Part shown: piece after piece, positions 44,073 to 53,544 of the stretch
How positions within the stretch are numbered: the first letter of the stretch is position 1
How the letters are laid out: every line of letters begins with the position of its first letter
IMG/VR virus record: IMGVR_UViG_3300032373_000001
Length of the DNA: 64,000 nucleotides
Source: a virus
Taxonomy: Duplodnaviria; Caudoviricetes
Direction: 5' to 3' (one strand)
Made by a program: the position numbers and the translations under genes
Notes under the pieces: generated by a model
Told to the model about the DNA's origin: nothing
The model's input: the letters and a program-made list of their open reading frames with translations, nothing else
Databases searched by the model: none

Positions 44073-44837
44073 ATGACCGCCTGTAGTTGGAAAGTTTACC
44101 GAGAGCCTCAGTGCCTCTACGCCGTATCCCGTCCTGTGGAGCGCGTAGCCCAGCCCTCCTCCGGCCTCGAAGGGGGAAGCTTCAATTGTGCAGCCCTGGC
44201 CATTCTACAGCAGTTCCTCCCAGAAGCGCCGACGTTGGATGTGCTGTGGGAGGATGTGTGGGAGGGGTTGGTGCTCGGTCCTCAGAGCAAGGGACCCTCC
44301 GGATTAAAAGACCACGCCGATTTCTGGTCGGCCGTCAACGACTGGGGTGATGTTCGACTCCAAGCAGTGGTCGACCCTCCCCTGAGCCTTCCGGATACCT
44401 GGGGGGATCGCGCCCATGGGCCGACCATGTTCCAGGAAGACACCTTCAGCAAGCGCTGCCGGGCGTACTTGGAGGCAGGATACGTCGGTTACTGCGCAGT
44501 GCAGTTCGAGCGCCGGTCCGACGTCATCCGGTACAAGAACCAAGACCCCGCAGAAGGGTCAGACCACGTCGTGGTCCTGGACGGATTCCGGGAGATGTAC
44601 CGCAGCACCGGCAAGTGTTCCGGCGACGGCCCTCAGTACTCGGGACACCACTACAACGAAATTCATGTGGTGTGCTCTACGGTGCGGGAAGACTACTGGG
44701 TCGACTCCCAAGAGTTTATCCGAGAGCACGGAGGATACCAGGTCATATGGGTCCGCCAGGACCCCCGAAAAGAGCCCCGGCACCTGCCCAAGGTTCAAGC
44801 GCCTCGGTGCGGCAACGGCCACCCGAAGAAGGGCTGA
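44073..44837 (+). CDS. putative C39-like (papain-fold) cysteine peptidase
   Basis: SFNCAALAIL (candidate Cys) and SDHVVVLDG (candidate His); ATG 44073 after GGAGG. Confidence 0.4.
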   Translation: MTACSWKVYREPQCLYAVSRPVERVAQPSSGLEGGSFNCAALAILQQFLPEAPTLDVLWEDVWEGLVLGPQSKGPSGLKDHADFWSAVNDWGDVRLQAVVDPPLSLPDTWGDRAHGPTMFQEDTFSKRCRAYLEAGYVGYCAVQFERRSDVIRYKNQDPAEGSDHVVVLDGFREMYRSTGKCSGDGPQYSGHHYNEIHVVCSTVREDYWVDSQEFIREHGGYQVIWVRQDPRKEPRHLPKVQAPRCGNGHPKKG

Positions 44838-44838
44838 G

Positions 44839-45021
44839 TCAGCAGTCGGGTGCTTGCCCCGACTGCTGGGCCGTCAGCATGTCGTTGACAACAGCGGCGG
44901 TCGCGACGCTCGCGAGCTCCTCGTCGCCGTACAGCTCCAGGAACTCTGCGTAGACGGACGCAATCAGCTCGCCCAGGGTCGTGTCGGCGGGCTGGGGCTT
45001 GGGGGCTTCCTGAACTTCCAT
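44839..45021 (-). CDS. small acidic protein
   Basis: MEVQEAPKP..TTLGELIASVYAEFLELYGDEELASVATAAVVNDML; GGAGG RBS. Confidence 0.7.
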   Translation of the reverse strand: MEVQEAPKPQPADTTLGELIASVYAEFLELYGDEELASVATAAVVNDMLTAQQSGQAPDC

Positions 45022-45031
45022 AACAACCTCC

Positions 45032-46348
45032 TCAGAGATAGAACTGCTCGCTGGCATCCTCGGCAGTCACAGTCTTTGGTACCCGGACCCCAAGCCTGTC
45101 CACAGTCAGCTCGTAGCTCTGGCCCGACAGTGCTACCGACATCCGGCGGTTCAGCCGCAGTACTGTCGGGGCCAGCCGTGCCTGGGAGCCGCTGATGCCC
45201 GATTGCCCCAGGGGCCCTCCGCTCAACCCCAGCACCGACTTGAGGCGGTAGGTGCCTGCGTTGACCCCGGAAGCAATCGTCAGTTGCTCGCCGTCCCCGA
45301 AGGTGCCCCAGTCCTGGCTGGAGTCCTCAACATCCTGGGCACTGATCGCAGTGAGGGTTCCACTGCCGCCGCCTGGAGAGGTCGTGTAGGTTGCAGAAGT
45401 AGTGCTCGCGCCGCCGAGGAGGCTCAGCACCTCAACCACCCGGTAGTGGCCTTGGTTGTCTCCGCTGAGGATCTTGAGGACTGCCCCAGGCTGAATGTTC
45501 TCAAAGCTGACAGTAGGGTCGCTGAAGTAGAATCGGTTGCTGAGGGTGGACCCGGTACTGAGGATGGCCTGAGCACCCTCGCACCATTTGCGCAGGTCGT
45601 CATAACGGTAGTCGTCCAGCTCCCAGGCCAATCCGTCTGCGTCGGTCGCGATCTGATCAAAGGAATCCCGGAACAGATAGCCCAACCCGCAGAGGACGTG
45701 GGCAGGCTTCAGCGCGCGTTGGACCAGCGCAGCGTTCTGCTGATAAACGAACGGGTCCTCTGGAAAGCCGCCGCCTGCCCCTTCGACGTAGATGTCCATG
45801 AAGAACTGGTCATCAATGGTGTAGCCTCCGTCTGGGTCCCGTGGGGGCGTCTCCAAGTACCGCTCCAGGATCGTCACCGTGACGGCAGGGTCGATGGCTT
45901 CCAACCCCTGCCTCAAGGAGGCAACCGTCGCCCCCTGAAGTAAAGAGTCCACCATCTTGTGGAGGAAGTCCCGATACGCCAAGTCCCCGTCAATCTGGGG
46001 CACCCCGCCACGGGAGTCTGCCATCGGGAAGATGTACTGCCCCAGAACCTCCCACAGGAACTCAGGTCGGGTGAAGTCCCAATAGGAGTCCTTCAGGACC
46101 TCCCCCTCGCTCAACTGGATGTCTGCCAGCTGCTCTGCCATGGCTTGAAACTGCAAGGAGTACCAAGGCCCATTGGTGGCGGAGACGTAGTTGCTCGGCA
46201 ACACCGCCCGGAAGGCTGCCATGATCTCTTCGACCAGCAAACGCTTCTGGTCTTGGAGGGCCTGCCCCTCTACAGGATAGGGGGCAGGGTTCTGTTCGAG
46301 GCCGCGCAGCGGGGCTTCGAGTTCGTTTTCAGGCGGGTCGTGGCTCAT
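45032..46348 (-). CDS. baseplate wedge / tail protein (P2 gpI / Mu gp48-like N-terminus)
   Basis: YRDFLHKMVDSLLQGAT..ALKPAHV pattern; C-terminal G/S/T-rich beta repeats. Confidence 0.65.
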   Translation of the reverse strand: MSHDPPENELEAPLRGLEQNPAPYPVEGQALQDQKRLLVEEIMAAFRAVLPSNYVSATNGPWYSLQFQAMAEQLADIQLSEGEVLKDSYWDFTRPEFLWEVLGQYIFPMADSRGGVPQIDGDLAYRDFLHKMVDSLLQGATVASLRQGLEAIDPAVTVTILERYLETPPRDPDGGYTIDDQFFMDIYVEGAGGGFPEDPFVYQQNAALVQRALKPAHVLCGLGYLFRDSFDQIATDADGLAWELDDYRYDDLRKWCEGAQAILSTGSTLSNRFYFSDPTVSFENIQPGAVLKILSGDNQGHYRVVEVLSLLGGASTTSATYTTSPGGGSGTLTAISAQDVEDSSQDWGTFGDGEQLTIASGVNAGTYRLKSVLGLSGGPLGQSGISGSQARLAPTVLRLNRRMSVALSGQSYELTVDRLGVRVPKTVTAEDASEQFYL

Positions 46349-46365
46349 GGTAACACCCCTTCCTC

Positions 46366-46381
46366 ATAGGGGGTGTACCGC
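46366..46381 (-). promoter_or_regulatory. putative late promoter box (second copy)
   Basis: Identical to 41199-41214, immediately before the RBS of the baseplate gene. Confidence 0.7.
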
Positions 46382-46504
46382 TCCTCCGCGAGGCTTGCTT
46401 CTCGTCTACACCTTGGGTCAGCCGCTCGAACTGGCACTCAACCCAGCCCTGATCTTCCCTCTTGGGGCGGTGCCTGTAAGCCGAGGGAACCGAAGTCGGT
46501 TCCC

Positions 46505-46951
46505 TCAGAGATTCGCCTCAGCCTCGCAAGCCTCGAGAAACTTCCGCCACTGACGACTGAGGCGAATCGCGTCCGCAGCCCTCAGCCTCAAACCTTCCCC
46601 AGAGATCGGGTGAGCTTCTTGGGCGAGTCGCTCATAGGCCCCGGGGGCCTGGGTGAGACGGTCCAAGACCCAGCGGGTCTCCGCCAAGGAAAGCCCCTCT
46701 TCCGCCTGAACGTCTCGGAGGCCCTTGTTGTACTCTTTCTCCGGCAACACATCCCGGAGGACTGCCAGCCGAGTCTCCCCGAACCAGCCGCTGCGCAAAC
46801 CATACTCCGCCTCGCACGCTGCCACCGCCTGCCGGAAAGCCTTCGGGAACAGGATCGGCACCAGCCGATCGTCCTCGAAGAGCCGGACAGCCTCCACCTT
46901 GAGTGCATGAAGCTCTTCGCACCAGTAGCGGCGGGAGACCTTGACGTTCAC
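46505..46951 (-). CDS. hypothetical protein
   Basis: GTG at 46951 overlapping upstream stop (GTGA). Confidence 0.6.
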   Translation of the reverse strand: MNVKVSRRYWCEELHALKVEAVRLFEDDRLVPILFPKAFRQAVAACEAEYGLRSGWFGETRLAVLRDVLPEKEYNKGLRDVQAEEGLSLAETRWVLDRLTQAPGAYERLAQEAHPISGEGLRLRAADAIRLSRQWRKFLEACEAEANL

Positions 46952-47976
46952 GCCCACTCCACAGTGGTGTTGTTCGCAGCCTTGTCCAAGAACCGCTGCC
47001 AACGGTCCCGGCGACTGATCGCCACATCCACAGGAGAGCCTGACGCTGACATCCCTCGGAAGCCTCGCAGGGAGGCGCGTCCAGTGAGGAACCGCAGCTG
47101 GTGCGCCGCCTCGGTGAGAGCTGCCACCACCTTCCGCAGGTCCGACGCGCTGTAGCCGTACTTCTGGAGCTCTGAGAACTCGAGACTGTTGACGGTCGGA
47201 GCCAGGTTCTTCAGGATGTAGTCGACCTCCGGAACATTGTCGCCCACCGAGCGCAGGATCGCCCGAACTTCTTCCGTCTGGACGGAGAGCTGGCTGGGGA
47301 GGTAGCGTGCGGGCTTGATGTCCAAATCGAGGGCTGCGGGCTGGGCCTCAAAGGCTTCGAAGCCCAGCCCTCTCCCTTCGATCGAGTCCTCGTGAAGCAG
47401 CTCCTCTGCCTTCGGGCCGAAGTCATTCGCCAACACCGAGTAGAAGCCTGCGCAGACGCTGAGGGTGCCGTTGCCGAAGAGCCGCCAGTCCCCCATGACA
47501 GCCTCACTCTTCAGCGAAGAGGAGATGTTGCTCCAAGAACTGCGGCTGATGGCCAAGCCTCGCCGCAGGAGGTGGTGGTTGGTGGGGCCTCGGTGGTAGA
47601 GGAGGATCGGCAGCAGGAACCGGACGAACTCCTGCGACAAGGTGAAGCAGGTCTTGTTGGCTGGCAGCCGCTCACCCCGCGCCACTGCTCCCGGAGGGCT
47701 CCAGAGGGGGAGGGTCTTCGTCTCCCCCTCTGCGAAGGGACCGTGCTGGCGGAAAAACCTCTTGACTCTGGCCCGCAGAGAAGGGTCCCCGACCTCTGCC
47801 AGGATGTCTTCCAGCACGAAGTACTGGTGCATGGGGACGGATCCGCCGACCCGCTTGGCGTACAGACCGACCAGCAGCCGGAAGAAGATGCGCCCATTGG
47901 CACTCTTCCGGAACATGGTCTTGTACTGCTCCAGAGTCTTTGCCCCACGGGCGTGGAGGAACTCTCGGGTTGTCAT
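46948..47976 (-). CDS. hypothetical protein
   Basis: 342 aa, GGGAG RBS. Confidence 0.75.
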   Translation of the reverse strand: MTTREFLHARGAKTLEQYKTMFRKSANGRIFFRLLVGLYAKRVGGSVPMHQYFVLEDILAEVGDPSLRARVKRFFRQHGPFAEGETKTLPLWSPPGAVARGERLPANKTCFTLSQEFVRFLLPILLYHRGPTNHHLLRRGLAISRSSWSNISSSLKSEAVMGDWRLFGNGTLSVCAGFYSVLANDFGPKAEELLHEDSIEGRGLGFEAFEAQPAALDLDIKPARYLPSQLSVQTEEVRAILRSVGDNVPEVDYILKNLAPTVNSLEFSELQKYGYSASDLRKVVAALTEAAHQLRFLTGRASLRGFRGMSASGSPVDVAISRRDRWQRFLDKAANNTTVEWA

Positions 47977-48104
47977 GCGTTGCTCCCTTCAGGGGTGTAG
48001 GTGTGGCTCAGGCGCGTGAACTCTCACAGTACTGCTTGCCCTACGCCGGGGTCCAAGCCGACCCGCCCGAATAGGTCTCGTCCTCGTCGAGGGCCCAGCG
48101 GGCG

Positions 48105-48584
48105 CTACCCATAGAGGACCTCCGACGCACTCAAGACAAGGTCCACCTCATCGGGCGTCAGGTCGAGCAGCGGAGGCATCCAGTAGGGGCGGTGCTCTCG
48201 GCCCCGAGCCTTGTAGTCAAGGAGGCTCTCCCGGAAGTATTCTGGGGTCTTCCTCCAGGAGTCCTTCTGGAAGGCGTCCCAGACCTGCCGAGCGGCATAC
48301 TGGATCAAAATCTCCCGCCACTGCTCATTGGCCTCACCGAGGTCGAGCTTGATCCAGAGACCGAAGAAGCGCTTGGCGGTGCTGGAGTTGTAGATGTCGG
48401 TGCCCATGCCGATCCGGCTGCCGCCTGACTGGGTGCGGAAACGGATCAGCTCTGGGCGAGGGTCCTTGTAGGCCCTGTGGAGCTGGAGGTGGTCCCGCTT
48501 CTGGCCGATGAACAGATAGGTGCCGTCCTCGGCCGGGAACTTCCCGTCAAGGTAGGTTCCGCGCTCCAGGTTCCGCTCGATCAT
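48105..48584 (-). CDS. hypothetical protein
   Basis: 159-aa ORF. Confidence 0.7.
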   Translation of the reverse strand: MIERNLERGTYLDGKFPAEDGTYLFIGQKRDHLQLHRAYKDPRPELIRFRTQSGGSRIGMGTDIYNSSTAKRFFGLWIKLDLGEANEQWREILIQYAARQVWDAFQKDSWRKTPEYFRESLLDYKARGREHRPYWMPPLLDLTPDEVDLVLSASEVLYG

Positions 48585-48957
48585 CTTGTGCTCCGAGTAT
48601 TCGCCTTGCCACTTCCTCCGCGGCCTTTGCGATTACCTGGGCGTGGCAGCGATACGGCTCCTGGGAGGAGTCGAGGCCGTCGTTGTTCTTGGCGCACCAG
48701 CACAACAGAGTCACTTGTTCCCCCTCTGCCAGCAGCTGACTGATGCGGAGGACCTCTTGCCGCTGGGGGGTGTCAGACTTGAGATTCTCGCGCAGCCAGT
48801 CCCGATACTGTTCGAGGGGCGGACCTTTGTCGCGGGTCATCCACTCCGGCTTCCCCAGGGGGCTGGCAGCGTACCCCCTACAGGCCCTGCCAGTATAGAT
48901 GCGCACCTCACCTTCCCGGCGATGGTGCCTCCAAACCGAAGCGACGTGAGCCTTCAC
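48547..48957 (-). CDS. DUF4326-like protein
   Basis: IYTGR..ASPLGKP..EQYRDWL..LLCWCA..CHAQVI. Confidence 0.75.
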   Translation of the reverse strand: MKAHVASVWRHHRREGEVRIYTGRACRGYAASPLGKPEWMTRDKGPPLEQYRDWLRENLKSDTPQRQEVLRISQLLAEGEQVTLLCWCAKNNDGLDSSQEPYRCHAQVIAKAAEEVARRILGAQDDRAEPGARNLP

Positions 48958-49562
48958 AGGCGTTCCAAGACCCACTCATTGAGGACGGCGTTGAACTCCT
49001 CGACGCTCGCCTGGAGAACGCCAGGGTCGATGGGGTAAGGACCTTCGGAGTGCTGGAGGCTCCAAATCACCGCCACTCGCTGAACGAACCCCTCCCACGG
49101 GAGGTCCTGTTTCGAGGAGCGGTTCGCCCACCAAGCAGCCCGCTTCGCCCAGTGAAGCGGGCTCGGCCGCTCGTTGGAGAAGTTTGTCTCTGCTTTCCGG
49201 TTCAGCTCCACCTGCTCGGCGACGGAGAGGCTTCGATACTCTTCGAACTCGGCGAGGGCCGCCGGGTCGCCTCGGAAAAGCGGAGCCAAGCAGCGGTCGA
49301 GGACGAGAGTGCGGAGATCACCCTCTCCCCCCTCTGGGTCCCCCAAGAACACGAGCGGGTTGGAGAAGTAGGGGACGACCTGGAACTGGAAGTCGGTGAT
49401 GCCGACCCTCCAGCCCAGGCAATAGATCGGCAGCCCAGACCCCCGACTCAGCTCCAGCGCCTGCTCGAACACAGCACGATCCCGCAGCCTCTTGACGACC
49501 TGACCGGCTGTCCACTCAAACGCGCTCCTGTAGAGCTCTTTCAGGGCCTCTTCCTGGCTCAT
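48954..49562 (-). CDS. hypothetical protein
   Basis: Start MSQEEALK with ATGA overlap. Confidence 0.7.
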   Translation of the reverse strand: MSQEEALKELYRSAFEWTAGQVVKRLRDRAVFEQALELSRGSGLPIYCLGWRVGITDFQFQVVPYFSNPLVFLGDPEGGEGDLRTLVLDRCLAPLFRGDPAALAEFEEYRSLSVAEQVELNRKAETNFSNERPSPLHWAKRAAWWANRSSKQDLPWEGFVQRVAVIWSLQHSEGPYPIDPGVLQASVEEFNAVLNEWVLERL

Positions 49563-50008
49563 ACTTCCTCCGAAGGCTTCTTCGCTTCTTGGTAGTGGGA
49601 GATGTTCCACACGTCCCTCAAGGGCTTGTGCCCCTTGTACAGACTGGGGATGCTTACCGTGAGGTGGTGTTCTGGTTCTGGGGGTCGCGGGCCCCCAGAA
49701 CCTTCCCCCAACCACTTGAGGTAATCCTGGAGCTGAGCAGCCGCAGCTTCGGGGTCAGACTGCATCATCCGAAGGTGAGCCATCACCACAAACGGGTGGC
49801 CTCCCTGGTCCCACATCCTCAACCAGACCGCACGGTCTTGGTGGGTGTCCTCGTCGAAGGGCGGAGGGCCTGAGATCCATGCGGAGTGCTGCTCCTCTTC
49901 CTCGGCGTTGCAGACGGGACAGTCGGGGTTGTCTGAGATCCAAGGACCCCCCACAACCCCGCAGCCGTAGCCGCACATGGAATGTTGCCGCGCTTCTTCT
50001 TCCGTCAT
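49559..50008 (-). CDS. hypothetical protein with Cys cluster
   Basis: CGYGC...CPVC. Confidence 0.7.
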   Translation of the reverse strand: MTEEEARQHSMCGYGCGVVGGPWISDNPDCPVCNAEEEEQHSAWISGPPPFDEDTHQDRAVWLRMWDQGGHPFVVMAHLRMMQSDPEAAAAQLQDYLKWLGEGSGGPRPPEPEHHLTVSIPSLYKGHKPLRDVWNISHYQEAKKPSEEV

Positions 50009-50011
50009 GAC

Positions 50012-50545
50012 TCACCTCACTGGGGGCGGGTCTTCCGCTACCCGCAACTGGTCCAGGGCCTCCAATACCTCCGGCTCAGTCCGAACAGCCAGATTGAGCA
50101 CGGGAATCCCATGCACCTGCGCCAAGACGATTGCAGTCCGAGTCCCCCCCACAGATTTCCCGCCCGGAGTCCAACAGACCAAGGCAGTGGAAGGCATGTT
50201 GAGCTTGCTGCCCAAGACCTGCCAAGTGTTCCTGCCGTGCAGCTTTCGGGCACCAGGCATGAGCCTGCCTGCGTTGGGGTGGATCCGGTCCACCAGGGCT
50301 TCGCTCTCCGGAGACGCCCTGTAGACTACGCGACGTGCGTTGGAGAGGTAGTCCTCACGAAAGCTCTTCCAGGGCAAGTAGGCGATGCAGAACTCCTGCG
50401 CCCCCAACTCAAAGGCCCAGTCCGCCCCATCCGCATGCCCGGATCGGAGCGGAACCCGGTTCCGACGACACCAGTCTCCGATGCGGGTCATCGAGTCCAA
50501 GATTTTTTTGGGGGTTTTGCGGGAACCGACGCCCGTTATGACCAT
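50012..50545 (-). CDS. SLOG-superfamily (DprA/Smf-like Rossmann) protein
   Basis: ITGVGSRKTP, LRSGHADGADWAFE, CWTPGG..GGTRTAI..A..HGIPV. Confidence 0.8.
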   Translation of the reverse strand: MVITGVGSRKTPKKILDSMTRIGDWCRRNRVPLRSGHADGADWAFELGAQEFCIAYLPWKSFREDYLSNARRVVYRASPESEALVDRIHPNAGRLMPGARKLHGRNTWQVLGSKLNMPSTALVCWTPGGKSVGGTRTAIVLAQVHGIPVLNLAVRTEPEVLEALDQLRVAEDPPPVR

Positions 50546-50633
50546 GAGGTTGCCTTCCTTAGACTCCTAATTACCGCAAAGCTATCTCGAGAGGCCCCGC
50601 CCCCCTTTGAGGTAACAAGGGCTTGGAGGCGAG

Positions 50634-51224
50634 ATGGCAAGACGACCGCTGAAGAGCATCCTGAGACGAGAGAGCTGGTGGAGGCACTACTGGGGTCTGA
50701 TCAAGACCTTCTGGAAGGTTGTTCGAGGTCCGCTCTTGTGGGGAGTCCTCACAGGGTTCTTGCTCGGAGGATTCTTCGCGGGGTCATCTAAGGCCCCGAG
50801 CACTGCCTTGTGGCAGTGCTCCCTGATGTTCGGGGTCATCTTCAGCGCCTACGGGATGGCCCTGTCGCAGGAGTTCAACACCGACCGCGTCCGCCTCATC
50901 CCTCCGTACAAATTGCCCGAGGGGGAAGTCTGGGTCTTCTACCGGGAGGGTGATCGCAAAGGGGAGGGGGAGAGCCGCCGGCAAGACCTCTCCCGCTTGC
51001 GGGATCTGGGCTACGGCAAGACCGTCTGGGTGGGAGGGTTGCTCATACCTCTGAGCGAAGCCTTTCTGGCAGGACCTCAAGACTTGAGGGCGCTCCAAGA
51101 GGAAACGGAGGAGCGCGGAGGCCCTGCGAAGCCTATCGTGACTGACCTGTATGAGCGATCTCCTCAAGACCCCGGTGACCCCCGGCGTCCAGACCTTCGT
51201 CCGACGCGACCCCGATACACCTAA
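50634..51224 (+). CDS. membrane protein
   Basis: Two hydrophobic helices (LLWGVLTGFLLGGFFA; LMFGVIFSAYGMAL). Confidence 0.7.
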   Translation: MARRPLKSILRRESWWRHYWGLIKTFWKVVRGPLLWGVLTGFLLGGFFAGSSKAPSTALWQCSLMFGVIFSAYGMALSQEFNTDRVRLIPPYKLPEGEVWVFYREGDRKGEGESRRQDLSRLRDLGYGKTVWVGGLLIPLSEAFLAGPQDLRALQEETEERGGPAKPIVTDLYERSPQDPGDPRRPDLRPTRPRYT

Positions 51225-51702
51225 GCCCACCGCCCCCGACCGGACGAAGGAGGTGGTGCTGCCGCCGGGGAGTGCCACCCCAGGAGGGGCGGGTCGGGAC
51301 ATCCCCAAGTTCGAGAACAACACCCCGGACTCTGACTCGAACATCCAGCCCCGGACTCTGGGGGTGCCGGGGGAAGAATACGGGGTTCCGGTCAAGAAGG
51401 ACTACAACAACGTCACCCGGCGCACCATGACCAGTCGCCTGTCACCGCTGAGGGTGGTCGTGCTGGCGGAGTACAAGCCCCCCTCAGAGCGGGGAGGCAA
51501 GGACGGAGACCGCCAACGAGAACAGAGCCGGGACCAACAACGGAAAGACAACATCTACTATCGGAAGAACCGCTCCAAGATCAAGCGGGATAACCGGAGG
51601 CGATACAAGCAGGACTGCGTGCGGAACAACAACTGCAACCGCCGCAGGGACAGGGCGCGAAAAGACCCCGAGTTCTACAGGCGAGGTCCTCACCGCGACT
51701 GA
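51151..51702 (+). CDS. Pro-rich protein with very basic C-terminus
   Basis: 183 aa; R/K/Q/N-rich tail; GCCTATCG 14 nt upstream. Confidence 0.65.
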   Translation: MSDLLKTPVTPGVQTFVRRDPDTPKPTAPDRTKEVVLPPGSATPGGAGRDIPKFENNTPDSDSNIQPRTLGVPGEEYGVPVKKDYNNVTRRTMTSRLSPLRVVVLAEYKPPSERGGKDGDRQREQSRDQQRKDNIYYRKNRSKIKRDNRRRYKQDCVRNNNCNRRRDRARKDPEFYRRGPHRD

Positions 51703-51717
51703 GGGTAGAGCGGAGAC

Positions 51718-52356
51718 ATGAAATTCCGTGAAGTCTTCCTGAGCCAGTGCCGTCTCTCCCCCCAGGGTAAAGTCCGGAGCTTCCCCGGCGACGAATGGCT
51801 CGAACAGATGCGAGAGCTGGCCGTCGTGATGGGAGAGGAAGACCCACTCCTCTGGGTCACGGAAGACGGTAAATCTATCTGGGGCATCAACAATCTTCGC
51901 TCCTGGATCCCCGAGAACCTCCTGGAAGAAGGCGATGCTCAGTACGCCAAAGACGCCGTCCGAGACGGAGTGCGGTCCTGTAGCCTGGAGGAGTGGGAAC
52001 AGGACCTCGTAATCCAAGACCTACTTGACGTGTTGGACGGCGCAGCGGACCGCAACAGTCTCGACTACGCGCGAGCCCTATTGATGAGATGCCCAGAAAG
52101 CGTTGGGAGGACCAGGGTCGGCGACACGGGAGTGGCGAGCAGCCTCCGGCTGGATGGATCGCCCCTGTGGGAAGCGATCCTCCGGTTCTCCAGCAACGCG
52201 CACGAGAACGGGGCAGGCAAACTGTGGCATTTTGGCCCCCTGGAATGGCTCACCCGCGCGTACTTGGGGGAGCACCGCTACACTTCCTTGTACCTCTTGC
52301 CTCTACTGAGGCAACACCTTCAGTCCAAGACCTCTACGGGCAACGAGGCCAACTGA
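51718..52356 (+). CDS. hypothetical protein
   Basis: 212 aa, GGAG RBS. Confidence 0.7.
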   Translation: MKFREVFLSQCRLSPQGKVRSFPGDEWLEQMRELAVVMGEEDPLLWVTEDGKSIWGINNLRSWIPENLLEEGDAQYAKDAVRDGVRSCSLEEWEQDLVIQDLLDVLDGAADRNSLDYARALLMRCPESVGRTRVGDTGVASSLRLDGSPLWEAILRFSSNAHENGAGKLWHFGPLEWLTRAYLGEHRYTSLYLLPLLRQHLQSKTSTGNEAN

Positions 52357-52511
52357 CCTCGGACGGACTCGGGCAGCGGGCCTTGCACCGAGATGTGTAC
52401 GAGCACGACCAGCCGAGGGTTGAGCCCCTCTTGCCTCAAGAGGCGCATGACTTGAGCCCGGACTTCAGACTCACTGGGTCCGGGCTCAGGCTGAATTACA
52501 GCACAGGTCAC
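52320..52511 (-). CDS. small hypothetical protein
   Basis: GTG overlapping upstream stop; overlaps convergent gene by 37 nt. Confidence 0.35.
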   Translation of the reverse strand: MTCAVIQPEPGPSESEVRAQVMRLLRQEGLNPRLVVLVHISVQGPLPESVRGQLASLPVEVLD

Positions 52512-53167
52512 CGGAGCGTCAGCTTCTTCCCCGACTCCAGCCACTGATCGATCTTCTTGAGGACGGACTTGGCCGGACCGAAGGTCTTCTCGTAGCCGTT
52601 CAGGACCAACCGTTGGAGCTCCCGGAGGTCCTCGGGCTCCGAGGAGTCGGACTTGGACCCCATGCGGGCACGGATGCTCTCCACCGGACGCAGGAGGTTC
52701 CCCAGCCGATAGATGTTGGGGTTCCTCCGGCTGACCTTTCGGTCGTAGGCCGTGATCTTGTGGACCAGAACGGCAATGAAGTTGTTGACAGTGGGTTCCA
52801 TGGCACCTTCTCGGAGGGTGGATGCGTGCCGCAGGATCTGCTGACGATCCTCGTCACCCTTCGGGAGGAAGGATGCCAGGCGGACCAACGAACGGAAGCG
52901 GTTACGGCGACCGGGGCGCCGCAACTCCCTACGGCTCTTGGCAGAGTACTTCTGAATATCTGCCAAGAGCTCCAGGTAACGGTCTACCTGATTCCTGCCT
53001 ACGATCTCCGCGGCGGCTTCCCATGCCTGTTCTGCCTCAAAAGGGAGACCCGACTTCCTGGCTCCCTCGCCCCCTTCGATGAGGCTCACAGCATCACGGC
53101 CTAAAGACCGGCCCAAGGATCGCAGGAGGCGTTCGGCCTCTACACGTTTCTGTTCGAAATCGCTCAT
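52508..53167 (-). CDS. protein with internal LVRLASxLPKGDE leader module
   Basis: SLVRLASFLPKGDEDRQQIL matches the N-terminus of 63484-63864. Confidence 0.75.
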   Translation of the reverse strand: MSDFEQKRVEAERLLRSLGRSLGRDAVSLIEGGEGARKSGLPFEAEQAWEAAAEIVGRNQVDRYLELLADIQKYSAKSRRELRRPGRRNRFRSLVRLASFLPKGDEDRQQILRHASTLREGAMEPTVNNFIAVLVHKITAYDRKVSRRNPNIYRLGNLLRPVESIRARMGSKSDSSEPEDLRELQRLVLNGYEKTFGPAKSVLKKIDQWLESGKKLTLR

Positions 53168-53385
53168 TTGAGTGGGTCCTCCTTACCGGGGGACCCCTAT
53201 AGCAAGGCAAGCGGCTCAATCTGCCTTCTGCGCAGCCACCGCCTTCAGCTCCTCGTCCCCGATGAAATTTCGGTGGCTCAGGCTACCATCCTGACCCTCA
53301 GCACCCTCTGCGGCGGGTTAGCTGTCCTGATCTCCGCAGCTGGGGTCGCCTTCGACCAACTGCGGGAGGAACTGAAACCGGAGGA

Positions 53386-53544
53386 ATGATGGCTGAGAAA
53401 TGGGAAGTCGGATTCTACGCTGGGCACCGGAGCGAATGGGTCCAGATCGCAGAAGGAACCCACGACTACTGCCGAGGGTTCCTAGAAGGGCTGGGGTACG
53501 GGGATGGTCCCAAGGACCACTACAAGATCCGCAAGAAGCCTTGA
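53386..53544 (+). CDS. small hypothetical protein (52 aa)
   Basis: Manual translation MMAEKWEVGFYAGHRSEW...KIRKKP; GGAGG RBS; stop abuts convergent gene. Confidence 0.5.
   Translation: MMAEKWEVGFYAGHRSEWVQIAEGTHDYCRGFLEGLGYGDGPKDHYKIRKKP

Noticed and set aside
53181-53190. CGGTAAGGAGG here and CCGTAAGGAG at 59757-59768 as copies of the GGTAA motif
   Set aside because: Fully explained by the canonical TAAGGAGG Shine-Dalgarno sequence
53168-53389. 73-aa plus-strand ORF with a hydrophobic helix
   Set aside because: The TTG start overlaps the RBS of the divergent gene; a 38-aa GTG version (53273) is possible but unsupported
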